The notes under the pieces were generated by a model. The model searched no databases. It worked only from the letters and a program-made list of their open reading frames with translations, and was not told the DNA's origin. A stretch of DNA of 64,000 nucleotides from Thermoanaerobaculia bacterium (GTDB lineage: Bacteria; Acidobacteriota; Thermoanaerobaculia; Gp7-AA8): positions 38,937 through 102,936 of the forward strand of contig DATISF010000028.1 of NCBI GenBank assembly GCA_035468985.1, written 5' to 3'. Made by a program: the position numbers and the translations under genes. Shown in pieces: positions 28,224 through 37,075 of this stretch; position 1 is the first letter of the stretch, and the number at the start of each line of letters is the position of its first letter.

Positions 28224-29825
28224 ATGTCAGACACGAAAGAAAAATCGCCAAGGACCACCACCAGCGGCATCGAGCTCCCCGTCTATTTCGACGAGATCGC
28301 GCTCCATGAGCGCGGCTTCGATCCGCAGGCCGATCTCGGCGTCCCCGGCTCATTTCCGTACACCCGCGGTCCGCAGGCATCGATGTACCGGGGCAAGTTG
28401 TGGACCATGCGGCAATACGCCGGATTTTCCACGGCCGCCGAGTCCAACCAGCGCTATCGCTACCTGCTCGAGCGCGGGACGACCGGACTCTCGGTGGCGT
28501 TCGATCTGCCGACGCAGATCGGGATGGACTCCGACGATGTGCGCGCGCGCGGCGAAGTCGGCAAGGTCGGCGTGGCCATCGATTCGATCGACGACATGGA
28601 GGCGCTGCTCGACGAGATCCCACTCGACCGCGTGTCGATCTCGATGACCATCAACGCGCCGGCGTCGATCCTGCTGTCGCTGCTGCTCGTGGTCGCGGAA
28701 CGGCGCGGGATCGCCTGGTCGAAACTCAACGGCACGATTCAGAACGACATCCTGAAGGAGTACGCCGCGCGCGGGACGTACATCTTCCCACCCGCTCCGT
28801 CGATGCGCATCGTGACCGACATCTTCGAGTTCTGCGCGAAGGACGTGCCGCGCTGGAACACGATCTCCGTGTCGGGCTATCACATCCGCGAGGCCGGATC
28901 GACGGCGGTGCAGGAAGTGGCGTTCACCCTGGCCAACGGGCTCGAGTATGTTCGCGCCGCCGTCGCGCGTGGGCTCGACGTCGACTCGTTCGCGCCGCGC
29001 ATCTCGTTCTTCTTCAACGCCCACAACGATTTTCTCGAAGAGGTGGCGAAGTTCCGCGCCGCGCGAAAGCTGTGGGCGAAACTGATGCGCGAGCGGTACA
29101 ACCCGAAAGACCCGCGCTCTCTGGCCCTGAGATTTCATGCGCAGACCGCCGGCTCCACGCTCACCGCACAGCAGCCGGAGAACAACGTCGTCCGCGTCGC
29201 CTACCAGGCCATGGCCGCCGTCCTCGGCGGCTGCCAGTCGCTGCACACGAACAGCCGCGACGAGGCGCTGGCGCTTCCGACGGAGGAATCGGTGAACATC
29301 GCGCTGCGGACGCAGCAGGTGCTGGCGTACGAGACCGGCGTGGCGGCGACCGCGGATCCGCTGGCCGGCTCCTACGCCGTCGAGTCGCTGACGCTCGACA
29401 TCGAGCGCGGTGCGGCGGAGCTGATCGAGCGCATCGACAAGCTCGGCGGCGCGATTCACGCGATCGAGAGCGGCTTCGTGCAGAACGAGATCGGCGAGTC
29501 GGCGTACCGGGCGCAGCGGGCCATCGAGGAGAAGCAGGCCATCGTCGTCGGCGTGAACGAGTTCACCGAAGACGGACAGAGCACGCTGCCGATCATGGTC
29601 ATCGACGAGAGCGTCGAGCGCGACCAGGTCGCGCGACTGCAGGCGTTCCGTTCAAAACGCTCGCGCGACTGGAAAGGCGCCCTGGAAAAACTCGACGCCG
29701 CGGCACGATCGAAAGAGAACCTCATGCCGCGTATCGTCGACGCCGTCCGCAACGAATGCAGCGTCGGCGAGATCGTGTCGACGCTGAAGAAGACGTTCGG
29801 CGAGCATCGGGAACAAAGCTTCTGA
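28224..29825 (+). CDS. Methylmalonyl-CoA mutase-family large (catalytic) subunit without a fused B12-binding domain
   Basis: The conserved MCM TIM-barrel motifs are present: FPYTRG...[15 protein letters not shown], the [14 protein letters not shown] stretch, and [13 protein letters not shown]. The protein is 533 aa and stops before the usual C-terminal cobalamin-binding Rossmann domain. Confidence 0.85.
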   Translation: MSDTKEKSPRTTTSGIELPVYFDEIALHERGFDPQADLGVPGSFPYTRGPQASMYRGKLWTMRQYAGFSTAAESNQRYRYLLERGTTGLSVAFDLPTQIGMDSDDVRARGEVGKVGVAIDSIDDMEALLDEIPLDRVSISMTINAPASILLSLLLVVAERRGIAWSKLNGTIQNDILKEYAARGTYIFPPAPSMRIVTDIFEFCAKDVPRWNTISVSGYHIREAGSTAVQEVAFTLANGLEYVRAAVARGLDVDSFAPRISFFFNAHNDFLEEVAKFRAARKLWAKLMRERYNPKDPRSLALRFHAQTAGSTLTAQQPENNVVRVAYQAMAAVLGGCQSLHTNSRDEALALPTEESVNIALRTQQVLAYETGVAATADPLAGSYAVESLTLDIERGAAELIERIDKLGGAIHAIESGFVQNEIGESAYRAQRAIEEKQAIVVGVNEFTEDGQSTLPIMVIDESVERDQVARLQAFRSKRSRDWKGALEKLDAAARSKENLMPRIVDAVRNECSVGEIVSTLKKTFGEHREQSF

Positions 29826-30575
29826 TCACGCTCCGCCGCGCGCGAGATACCCTCCGTCGATCGGATAGTACGCACCGGTGATGAAGCTGGCGCTGTCGCT
29901 GCAGAGCCAGCGCACGAGCTCGGCCACCTCTTCCGGACGCCCGAGGCGGCCGATGGGATGAAGCGCGCCGAGGGCTTTTCGCCTCTCATCCGGTAAACGG
30001 CTCAGCATCGGCGTGTCGATGTAGCCCGGTCCGACAGCATTGATGCGAATTCCGCGCGCCGCGTATTCGAGCGCCGCACTCTTCGTGAGACCGATGACGC
30101 CGTGCTTCGCCGCCACGTATCCCGCCGATCCCTCGTGCGCGGCCTGGCCGAAAATCGAGGCCATGTTGACGATCGCGCCGCCGCCCGCTTCGAGCATGCG
30201 CGGAATCTGCGCGCGCATCGCGTAAAACACGCCGGACAAATTGATCTCGATGACCCTTCGCCAGCCATTGATGCTCGTGTTGGCGACCTCGCTGACCTCA
30301 CCCCCGATCCCGGCGTTGTTGCAGGCGATGTGAAGCGCGCCGAACTGGCCGGCCGCGGCCTTCACCAGCGCTTCGTGATCTTCAGGCTTCGACGTGTCGG
30401 CGCGAACGAAGATCGCCTTTGCGTCGCCAATGAGACGGATGGTCTCCTGGCCGCCCTTCTCATCGATATCGGACACGATGACATTCGCGCCGGCTCTCGC
30501 GTATGCGAGTGCGACGGCCCGCCCGATCCCTGACGCCGCGCCGGTCACGATGGCGGTTCGATTTTGAAGATGCAT
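29826..30575 (-). CDS. SDR-family short-chain dehydrogenase/reductase
   Basis: The Rossmann motif is TAIVTGAASGIGRA. NNAG and YxxxK (YVAAKHG) catalytic motifs are present. The stop abuts the mcm stop at a TGATCA junction. Confidence 0.8.
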   Translation of the reverse strand: MHLQNRTAIVTGAASGIGRAVALAYARAGANVIVSDIDEKGGQETIRLIGDAKAIFVRADTSKPEDHEALVKAAAGQFGALHIACNNAGIGGEVSEVANTSINGWRRVIEINLSGVFYAMRAQIPRMLEAGGGAIVNMASIFGQAAHEGSAGYVAAKHGVIGLTKSAALEYAARGIRINAVGPGYIDTPMLSRLPDERRKALGALHPIGRLGRPEEVAELVRWLCSDSASFITGAYYPIDGGYLARGGA

Positions 30576-31037
30576 GAGCGATATCCTCCCGGAATCTTGA
30601 CCGATCCATTCCTTGACGCCGCAATCGAGGAAGCCGGGCGCGGCATTCGCGAGGGCGGGATCCCCATCGGCTCGGTGATCGTACATCGCGGGAAAATCAT
30701 CGGCCGTGGCCACAACCGGCGCGTGCAACGCGGCAGCGCCGTCCTTCACGGTGAGATGGACGCGCTCGAAAACGCCGGCCGCCATCCCGCGAGCGTCTAT
30801 CGCGAAGCGGTCCTCTACACGACGCTCTCGCCCTGCGCGATGTGCAGCGGCGCGATCCTCCTCTACGGAATCCCGCGCGTCGTGATCGGCGAGAACCAGA
30901 CGTTCATGGGCGAGGAAGAGCTGCTGCGCTCGCGAGGCGTGTCACTCGAGGTCGTGAACGATCAGAGGTGCGTGCAGATGATGAAGGAGTTCATCGCCGT
31001 GCACCCACACCTCTGGAGCGAGGACATCGGCGTGTGA
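30564..31037 (+). CDS. Cytidine/deoxycytidylate-deaminase-fold nucleoside or nucleobase deaminase (TadA/guanine-deaminase-like)
   Basis: The zinc motifs HGEMDALE (HxE) and PCAMCSGAI (PCxxC) are present. The 5' end overlaps the divergent SDR start. Confidence 0.7.
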   Translation: MKMHERYPPGILTDPFLDAAIEEAGRGIREGGIPIGSVIVHRGKIIGRGHNRRVQRGSAVLHGEMDALENAGRHPASVYREAVLYTTLSPCAMCSGAILLYGIPRVVIGENQTFMGEEELLRSRGVSLEVVNDQRCVQMMKEFIAVHPHLWSEDIGV

Positions 31038-31039
31038 AC

Positions 31040-34000
31040 TCACTCGGTGCGGATGATCGAGTCTCCCGTACCGTTGTCGACCGACGAGATGAACGTCAAC
31101 ACGCCGCCCGTGGCGCCGATCACTTCGACATCGACGCGAACGTTGCGCAGCGTTCCGAGCTCATCGCGCCCGGCGCCCAGGATGCTCGAGGTCAGCGGAA
31201 CGAGCAGCATCTGACCGGGAGCAAGCGAGAACTCCTTCTGGGCGGTGAGATTGGCCGTGACTTTCGTCCCTCGCCCGTCGAGGTACGACAACGTCAACCG
31301 GATTTGCGCCGGCTCGCCGAGAACTTCGACGACCCCGATGTTGTTGCGGTAAGTCGCCGGCCGCTGGGCCACGACATCGGAGCTGGTGTCATCCGTGATT
31401 CCGGCAAAGCGCTGCATCTGCCCCGGCCGCAGCGCACGTGAGACGGCAATGGTACCGACTGCGCTGCCGAACGTCGCCGCGGTCGACAGCACCAGGTTGT
31501 ACGTACGGCTCGTCACGATCAGGCTGCCGTTCGAAGGACTCACCATGATCCACCCGATCGTTCCAGGGGCGTTGAACGTGCCCGTGGCGATATCGTCGAG
31601 GAGTCTCGTCTGCCGGGGCTGGAGGGTGACGCTGCGCTCGATGGTGCCGCCGCCGTTGATGTGGTAGGTCAGCACGACGTCGTTCCGCCCGCACCGCCTC
31701 AGCGTCTGCGGAGGGCACTCGGCATTGGTGCTGGTCATCGCCACGTCGGTGCGGAAATTCGTCCCCCCTGCCCCGGCGGCGCCGCCGGCGATCGGGATGA
31801 CCACGGACTCGAACGGGTCATATCCGTACTGGCGCGTCCAATCCACGACCGACCAGTTGTCTCCGCTCGACGCGTCCACCGGAGTGGCGAAAGCATGGAA
31901 TCGCATCGTGGCGCTGTTCCCAGTCAATCGCGCCGCGACGCCGCCGGACGGAACGATGTCGTTGATCTGACGCGTCTCGTAGGCGCCGAGGTTCTCCTGC
32001 CGTGAGAAAACGACCGCGCCGTCCCCGTTCAGAATGTCGATCGTCGCGGCTCCCGCGGACCCCGCCGTCTCCTGAATGAAAAGGTTCGTGTAACTCGAAG
32101 AGTCCTTCCTCAAACCGGTCAACCAGACGGTCCCATCGAATCCCGCGGCGCGATCCGACCGGAATGCCGGAATCGAGGTCCCATACGTTCCGGCCGGATT
32201 GCTCACGTTCAGGACATTCGCGGCGATGCCAAGTTGGTCCCACTGACTCGTTCGCACCTGCAACACGCCCACCTGTCCCTCGCCGCGAAAGACGTTCTTC
32301 ACCACGTTTCCAACAAATACCGACTGCGCGACCGGCATCGAGCTGACTGCCGCAAGGAGCGGAGAGGAGGAACCTCCGATGGCGCTGTAGTACAGCTTCA
32401 GATCATCGATGGGCTTGATCCCGCTTGCATTGAGCAGGGAGAGATCGGACAGGAACAGTCCGACGCGGCCTTGAACGTTTCCTACGCCCGGCAGAAAGTA
32501 CGCAACCTGCCCTGGCGGCAACGGTGGAAACGCTGATTCACTCGGATCCACGGCCGTCGTCAAACTGATCGAGATCGTCGCGGACGTCGATCCCCCGGCG
32601 GCGGCCTTCTTGCCGAAGAGCCGGAATACGGACACCAGCGACAACGTGCCGCTCACCGTTCCGGTCAGAAGTGATGGGTCAGGGCGCTTCTTCGGATCGA
32701 CCGTGAACGTCACGATCTCGGTCTGCCCGGGCGCGACGCGCAGCAGCGCGGCCGGCGCGGAGATCCACTCCACATCAGCGCTCAGAATTCCGACGAACGA
32801 GTCGGTACCCGTATTCGTCACGGTGAAACTGCCGCTGGCTGGATCCGTCTGTGTGGTCACGAGATCAATCCGGCGGGTGGACAAGCTCAATCGCGCTCCG
32901 ACGGAGGACGATGACGCGGAAAGAAGCCGGACCGCGACCGACACCTTTCCCGCCGCTCCGGCATCAGCAATCGACTGCCCGGCGTAGGCATCCTGCGGTC
33001 TGGCCAGGCCGGCGAGCGTCACGATCTGCGACGCACCGGGGGCAAGAGTGAAGGACAAGGGTGACTGAACGAAGAAGTCTCCGACCTGACTCAATGTGAC
33101 GTTCGCCGGGGCGCCACCGATGTTCGCGATCCGATACGACGATGTGCCGCCGGCGGCGTCCGGCTCCTGAGTCAGGGTCTCGGGCAGAACGATCGCCGCG
33201 ATCTCCGCCGGACTGGCCTCCGCTGTGCTCGTCGAGAACGTCACCTCGGCCGACGGGTCGCTGAAGAGCGTGTTCGCCTGCAGGCTGTTTGCGAACGTCA
33301 CCGCTTTCGCCACCGTGAAGTATTGCGTCGCCGGACGCAGGCCCGACACCAGAACGCTCGTCGGGTCTTTCGATGGCGTCATGGCCAGCGGCACATAGGG
33401 CCCGCCACGAGAAGTGCTGACGCTGACCTGCACGCCGCCGGGACCGGCCGTATTCACCAGCCGATCCCACGTGACAGACGCGGCGAAGGCAGACGATCCC
33501 GTAACGGCCAACCCCGTCGGCGGCAGAGTCTGACTTTCCAACCCACCGGGATTGAGCGCCTTCACAAGACTCGCAACCGCGGGATCGCTGGCCCGAAGCA
33601 TGTTGTTGTCGACCCGCAGGAAACTCAGGAACGGCGCGTCCGCAAGCTCGCCGGGGATCTCACCGGTGAGCGCATTGCTCGATACGTCCAGCAGAATCAT
33701 GAAGGGAGGGCGACTGAGCTGCGGCGGAATCGATCCCGTCAGCCGATTGCTGTCGAGGAACAGCGAGAACAGATTCGGCAAATCGCCCAGCGCGGGCGGA
33801 ATCTGTCCGGTGAAGTCGTTCCCGGAAGCGGAGAATCCCCCGAGATTCGGAAAACGGGTCAGATCCGGCAGCGGTCCGGACAGACGGTTCCAGTCGCAGA
33901 AAATCAGCGACAACGTCTTCGACAAATTCGCGGGAAACTGACCGCTGAACTGATTGCCCGTAATGGAGAGCGTCTCGAGCTTCGTGAGCCGCTCGAGCGC

Positions 34001-34912
34001 CGGAAGGGGACCCGAGAATCGGTTGAATGCGATCCAGAGCTGGTGCAAGGACGTCATTCCCAGGATCTCATCCGGAATCGTGTCGTACTCATTGCCGGTC
34101 AGATCGAGCTCCTGCAGCGTGGGGATCTGTGCGAACTCCCGGGGAATCGTTCCCGCGAAATGATTGAAGTCGAATCCGATGTGTTTCAGCGGCAGCCGAG
34201 CCAGCTGATCGAACGGGATCGGTCCACTCAGATTGCAGCTGCCAAGGTTGAGGTACGTGAGGTTCGAGAGCGCGCCGATGTTCGCCAGGACATGCCTTCC
34301 CTCGAATCGACCGCTGCCACCAATGCCGAGCCATTGCAGATCTCGCAAGACCGTGAAATCGGGCAGCCTCCCCTCGAAGTGGTTGAACCTGATGTCAAGG
34401 AGCTGCAGGTTCGTCATGCCCAGCAGCGATTCGGGCAGAGAACCGCCCATGTCATTGAAGGAGAGGTCGACGTACCAGAGCGACTTGAGATTGCCGAGCT
34501 CCGCGGGCAGCGGACCGGTCAGCGCGTTGGACGTTGCATCGAGGATGGCCAGTTGAGTCAGACGGCCGATCTCCACCGGTATGTCGCCGTCGAGATCGTT
34601 GTACCGGACGGTGATCTCCGTCAGGCTGGTCAGGTTTCCGATCTGCGGAGGAAGCGAGCCGCGCAAACGATTGCTCTGAAGCCGGAGCGCAACGACGTTT
34701 GTTCGTGCGCTGTCGCAAACAACGCCTCTCCATGTGCACTCGGTTCCGGGATCGCCGAGCCAGCCGGTGTGATTACTCCAGGATGCCCCGTTGGTGCTGT
34801 TGTAAAGCGCGATCAGTGCGTCGCGCTGTACTGGCGGAACCTGCGCACAGAGAACGACGGGGCCAAGTAGCAACGCCACAGCGACACCCGAAACCAGGCG
34901 ACTGCTGCGCAT
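31040..34912 (-). CDS. Large secreted protein (1290 aa) with N-terminal plant-type leucine-rich repeats, followed by beta-rich (Ig/fibronectin-like) repeats
   Basis: A signal peptide is followed by an LRRNT-like cap (W..V.C) and at least 14 LxxLxxLxLxxNxL(T/S)GxIP repeats. The remaining roughly 800 aa are a low-complexity beta-rich region. Confidence 0.7.
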   Translation of the reverse strand: MRSSRLVSGVAVALLLGPVVLCAQVPPVQRDALIALYNSTNGASWSNHTGWLGDPGTECTWRGVVCDSARTNVVALRLQSNRLRGSLPPQIGNLTSLTEITVRYNDLDGDIPVEIGRLTQLAILDATSNALTGPLPAELGNLKSLWYVDLSFNDMGGSLPESLLGMTNLQLLDIRFNHFEGRLPDFTVLRDLQWLGIGGSGRFEGRHVLANIGALSNLTYLNLGSCNLSGPIPFDQLARLPLKHIGFDFNHFAGTIPREFAQIPTLQELDLTGNEYDTIPDEILGMTSLHQLWIAFNRFSGPLPALERLTKLETLSITGNQFSGQFPANLSKTLSLIFCDWNRLSGPLPDLTRFPNLGGFSASGNDFTGQIPPALGDLPNLFSLFLDSNRLTGSIPPQLSRPPFMILLDVSSNALTGEIPGELADAPFLSFLRVDNNMLRASDPAVASLVKALNPGGLESQTLPPTGLAVTGSSAFAASVTWDRLVNTAGPGGVQVSVSTSRGGPYVPLAMTPSKDPTSVLVSGLRPATQYFTVAKAVTFANSLQANTLFSDPSAEVTFSTSTAEASPAEIAAIVLPETLTQEPDAAGGTSSYRIANIGGAPANVTLSQVGDFFVQSPLSFTLAPGASQIVTLAGLARPQDAYAGQSIADAGAAGKVSVAVRLLSASSSSVGARLSLSTRRIDLVTTQTDPASGSFTVTNTGTDSFVGILSADVEWISAPAALLRVAPGQTEIVTFTVDPKKRPDPSLLTGTVSGTLSLVSVFRLFGKKAAAGGSTSATISISLTTAVDPSESAFPPLPPGQVAYFLPGVGNVQGRVGLFLSDLSLLNASGIKPIDDLKLYYSAIGGSSSPLLAAVSSMPVAQSVFVGNVVKNVFRGEGQVGVLQVRTSQWDQLGIAANVLNVSNPAGTYGTSIPAFRSDRAAGFDGTVWLTGLRKDSSSYTNLFIQETAGSAGAATIDILNGDGAVVFSRQENLGAYETRQINDIVPSGGVAARLTGNSATMRFHAFATPVDASSGDNWSVVDWTRQYGYDPFESVVIPIAGGAAGAGGTNFRTDVAMTSTNAECPPQTLRRCGRNDVVLTYHINGGGTIERSVTLQPRQTRLLDDIATGTFNAPGTIGWIMVSPSNGSLIVTSRTYNLVLSTAATFGSAVGTIAVSRALRPGQMQRFAGITDDTSSDVVAQRPATYRNNIGVVEVLGEPAQIRLTLSYLDGRGTKVTANLTAQKEFSLAPGQMLLVPLTSSILGAGRDELGTLRNVRVDVEVIGATGGVLTFISSVDNGTGDSIIRTE

Positions 34913-34961
34913 GCGGACCTCCGCTTTGGTGCGCTCACGCTATCGCCGCCGGGGAGGTGAG

Positions 34962-36095
34962 TCAATGCTTCTTCCACTCGTCCATCATGGCGACGAAATC
35001 AGGGAATAGATAGAACGAGTCGTGCGGTCCCGGCGCCGCCTCGGGGTGGTACTGCACGGCGAAGAGCGGCTCGCTGCGATGGCGGAAGCCCTCCAGCGTC
35101 TGGTCGTTCAGGTTGATGTGCGTGAACTCGACGTCCCGCTCCCGCAGCGAATCGGGATCGACCGAGAATCCGTGATTCTGTGCGGTGATCTCCACACGTC
35201 CGCTGCGCAGATCCTTCACCGGATGATTGCCGCCCCGGTGCCCGAATTTCAACTTGTACGTCTTCCCTCCAAGGGCCAGGCCGAGGAGTTGATGGCCGAG
35301 GCAGATGCCGAAGATGGGAACTTTGCCGATGAGCTGGCGGATGTTCTCCTGCGCGTACGTCACGGGCTCGGGATCGCCGGGGCCGTTCGAGAGGAGAACC
35401 CCGTCGAACTTCTGCGCGAGGATCTCGCTGGCCGGAGTCTTCGCCGGAAACACCGTCACGTCGCAGCGGTGGCCGGTGAGCTGGCGGAGGATGTCGCGCT
35501 TCACGCCGTAGTCATAGACCGCGACACGGTGTGGAGCGGCGGTCCCGGCCGCCGAAGGGCGGGCGGGAAGGCCTGCCGCTCCGCCTTCGTCGAAGGTGTA
35601 GGCTTCATTTGTCGTCACGCGATGGACGAGGTCGAGGCCGCTCATCGACGGCGCGCGACGCACTTCCGCGAGGAGATCGTCGACGGCGCGCGGCTCCGTC
35701 GTGATCATCCCGCGCATCGCCCCCTCATTCCGGATCTTGCGCGTGAGCGCACGCGTGTCGATCCCGGCGATCGCCGAGATGCGGTGATGCGTGAAGTAAT
35801 CGCCGAGCGACATCTCCGCATGCGCGCTCGACGGCTCGGCGACGGCATCGCGCACGACGAACCCGGCCACCTGCGGCGCGGCGCTCTGCGCCACGGCACG
35901 CTCCACACCGTAGTTGCCGATATGGGGGTACGTCATCGTCACGATCTGGAATCGGTACGACGGGTCGGTCGAGATCTCCTGGTATCCGGTCAGCGAGGTG
36001 TTGAAGACGACTTCGCCGATCGACGTCTCGGTCGATCCGAACGATTCGCCTTCGTAGACGGTTCCGTCCTCGAGGATGAGGCGTGCGGCGGGCAT
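34962..36095 (-). CDS. carA: Carbamoyl-phosphate synthase small (glutaminase) subunit
   Basis: The N-terminus, LEDGTVYEGESFG, is conserved. The class-I GATase triad includes PIFGICLGHQLL and HPE. The start is trimmed to MPAARLIL at 36095. Confidence 0.9.
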   Translation of the reverse strand: MPAARLILEDGTVYEGESFGSTETSIGEVVFNTSLTGYQEISTDPSYRFQIVTMTYPHIGNYGVERAVAQSAAPQVAGFVVRDAVAEPSSAHAEMSLGDYFTHHRISAIAGIDTRALTRKIRNEGAMRGMITTEPRAVDDLLAEVRRAPSMSGLDLVHRVTTNEAYTFDEGGAAGLPARPSAAGTAAPHRVAVYDYGVKRDILRQLTGHRCDVTVFPAKTPASEILAQKFDGVLLSNGPGDPEPVTYAQENIRQLIGKVPIFGICLGHQLLGLALGGKTYKLKFGHRGGNHPVKDLRSGRVEITAQNHGFSVDPDSLRERDVEFTHINLNDQTLEGFRHRSEPLFAVQYHPEAAPGPHDSFYLFPDFVAMMDEWKKH

Positions 36096-36224
36096 CGACG
36101 CATTATGCACACGTACCCCTCGCCCCGCACAGCGCGGAGAGGGTGGCGCGGAGCGCCGGGTGAGGGGCGCCCCCCCCTCATCCGGCCTTCGGCGCATCGG
36201 GGCGCAATCGAGAACGGTGCGAGA

Positions 36225-36405
36225 GCGTCGTCGTTGACGGACGACAGGACGGACGTGTCGCCGGCAATCCTTGCCGCCTGGTTGAAGGCGTTGATCGACT
36301 CCGGCTCGACGAAGATCTCGGCCTGCCCGAGCTTCACGCGGTAGTTCAGCGACAGATCGAGCGCGTTCTGGTTGTCCCAGCGACAGGTCCAGGTGAACTT
36401 CATCA
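36225..36405 (-). pseudogene. Remnant of the C-terminal about 60 residues of a TonB-dependent receptor paralog
   Basis: The translation WDNQNALDLSLNYRVKLGQAEIFVEPESINAFNQAARIAGDTSVLSSVNDDALAPF aligns to the C-terminus of the intact receptor at 37076-37400 (WDTVNALDLSINYKLRVGRAELYLEPELINAFNQAAKIAGSTTVFSAVNDSHLEPF). Identity is about 65%. The fragment has no upstream receptor body. Confidence 0.55.
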
Positions 36406-36647
36406 AGTGGCTCCTTTCGTAATCGATTGAAGGGAAGCAATCACTCGACCACTCGAACGCGCCAGTTGAATCACTGGCGAAATTCAATCGAGCCGAATGC
36501 GCACCTTGCTCGATTCAACCGTTTGCGGATGCGCGCAGCGGTTTTTGAATCGAAAAAAACGGTCGTTCACCACGCTGGCATAAACGTTTTGAGGAACGCG
36601 CGTGCCTGTGACAAAAACGCAATGGGAGCCGAAGGCAAAATCGCCCC

Positions 36648-36860
36648 ATGCGCAACGAAGCCCTCGATACTCTCGGCGTGTGTGAGTGGTGCGAACGGAA
36701 CGCGGTCGTCGTTCACCTGAGCTTCGCGATGTGCGGCGTGTGCTTCGCCGATGCGAGCCTCGTGGCCCGCGAGCAGGTTGGTTTCGACGATTGGATCGGC
36801 GGTCTGCCGAAAGAGGTCGCGGAACGGATCCTCCGCGCAATGCTCACGCGGGGCCGCTGA
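36648..36860 (+). CDS. Small hypothetical protein with two CxxC pairs (zinc-ribbon-like)
   Basis: The 70-aa ORF has CEWC...CGVC. It lies after an AT-rich pocket, and its stop abuts a REP-like element. The RBS is weak. Confidence 0.3.
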   Translation: MRNEALDTLGVCEWCERNAVVVHLSFAMCGVCFADASLVAREQVGFDDWIGGLPKEVAERILRAMLTRGR

Positions 36861-36868
36861 CTAAGGAA

Positions 36869-37010
36869 CCTCCGCGCAAGTCGTCGTTCACGTCATCCTG
36901 AACCGCGAAGACGGCGAAGGATCTCGAAATCGCGGCGTCTTGCGCATCCTGAGATCCTTCGTCGCGGTTCGCCGACTCAGGATGACGACTTGTGCAGAGG
37001 TTCTGTCTCA
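36869..37010 (-). repeat. REP/MITE-like palindromic element in reverse orientation
   Basis: The sequence is CCTCCGCGCAAGTCGTCGTTCACGTCATCCTGAACCGCGAAGACGGCGAAGGATCTC...GAGATCCTTCGTCGCGGTTCGCCGACTCAGGATGACGACTTGTGCAGAGG. Confidence 0.85.
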
Positions 37011-37075
37011 GGAACCTCATCACTCCCGGCGAGGATGCTCCGGCCGGATCCACCGGCCGGAGCGTGACGAGGGAG

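Noticed and set aside
36096-36230. A PyrR attenuator in the carA leader.
   Set aside because: The only GGAGAGG-like motif is on the wrong strand relative to carA transcription. No terminator/antiterminator alternative pairing could be traced.
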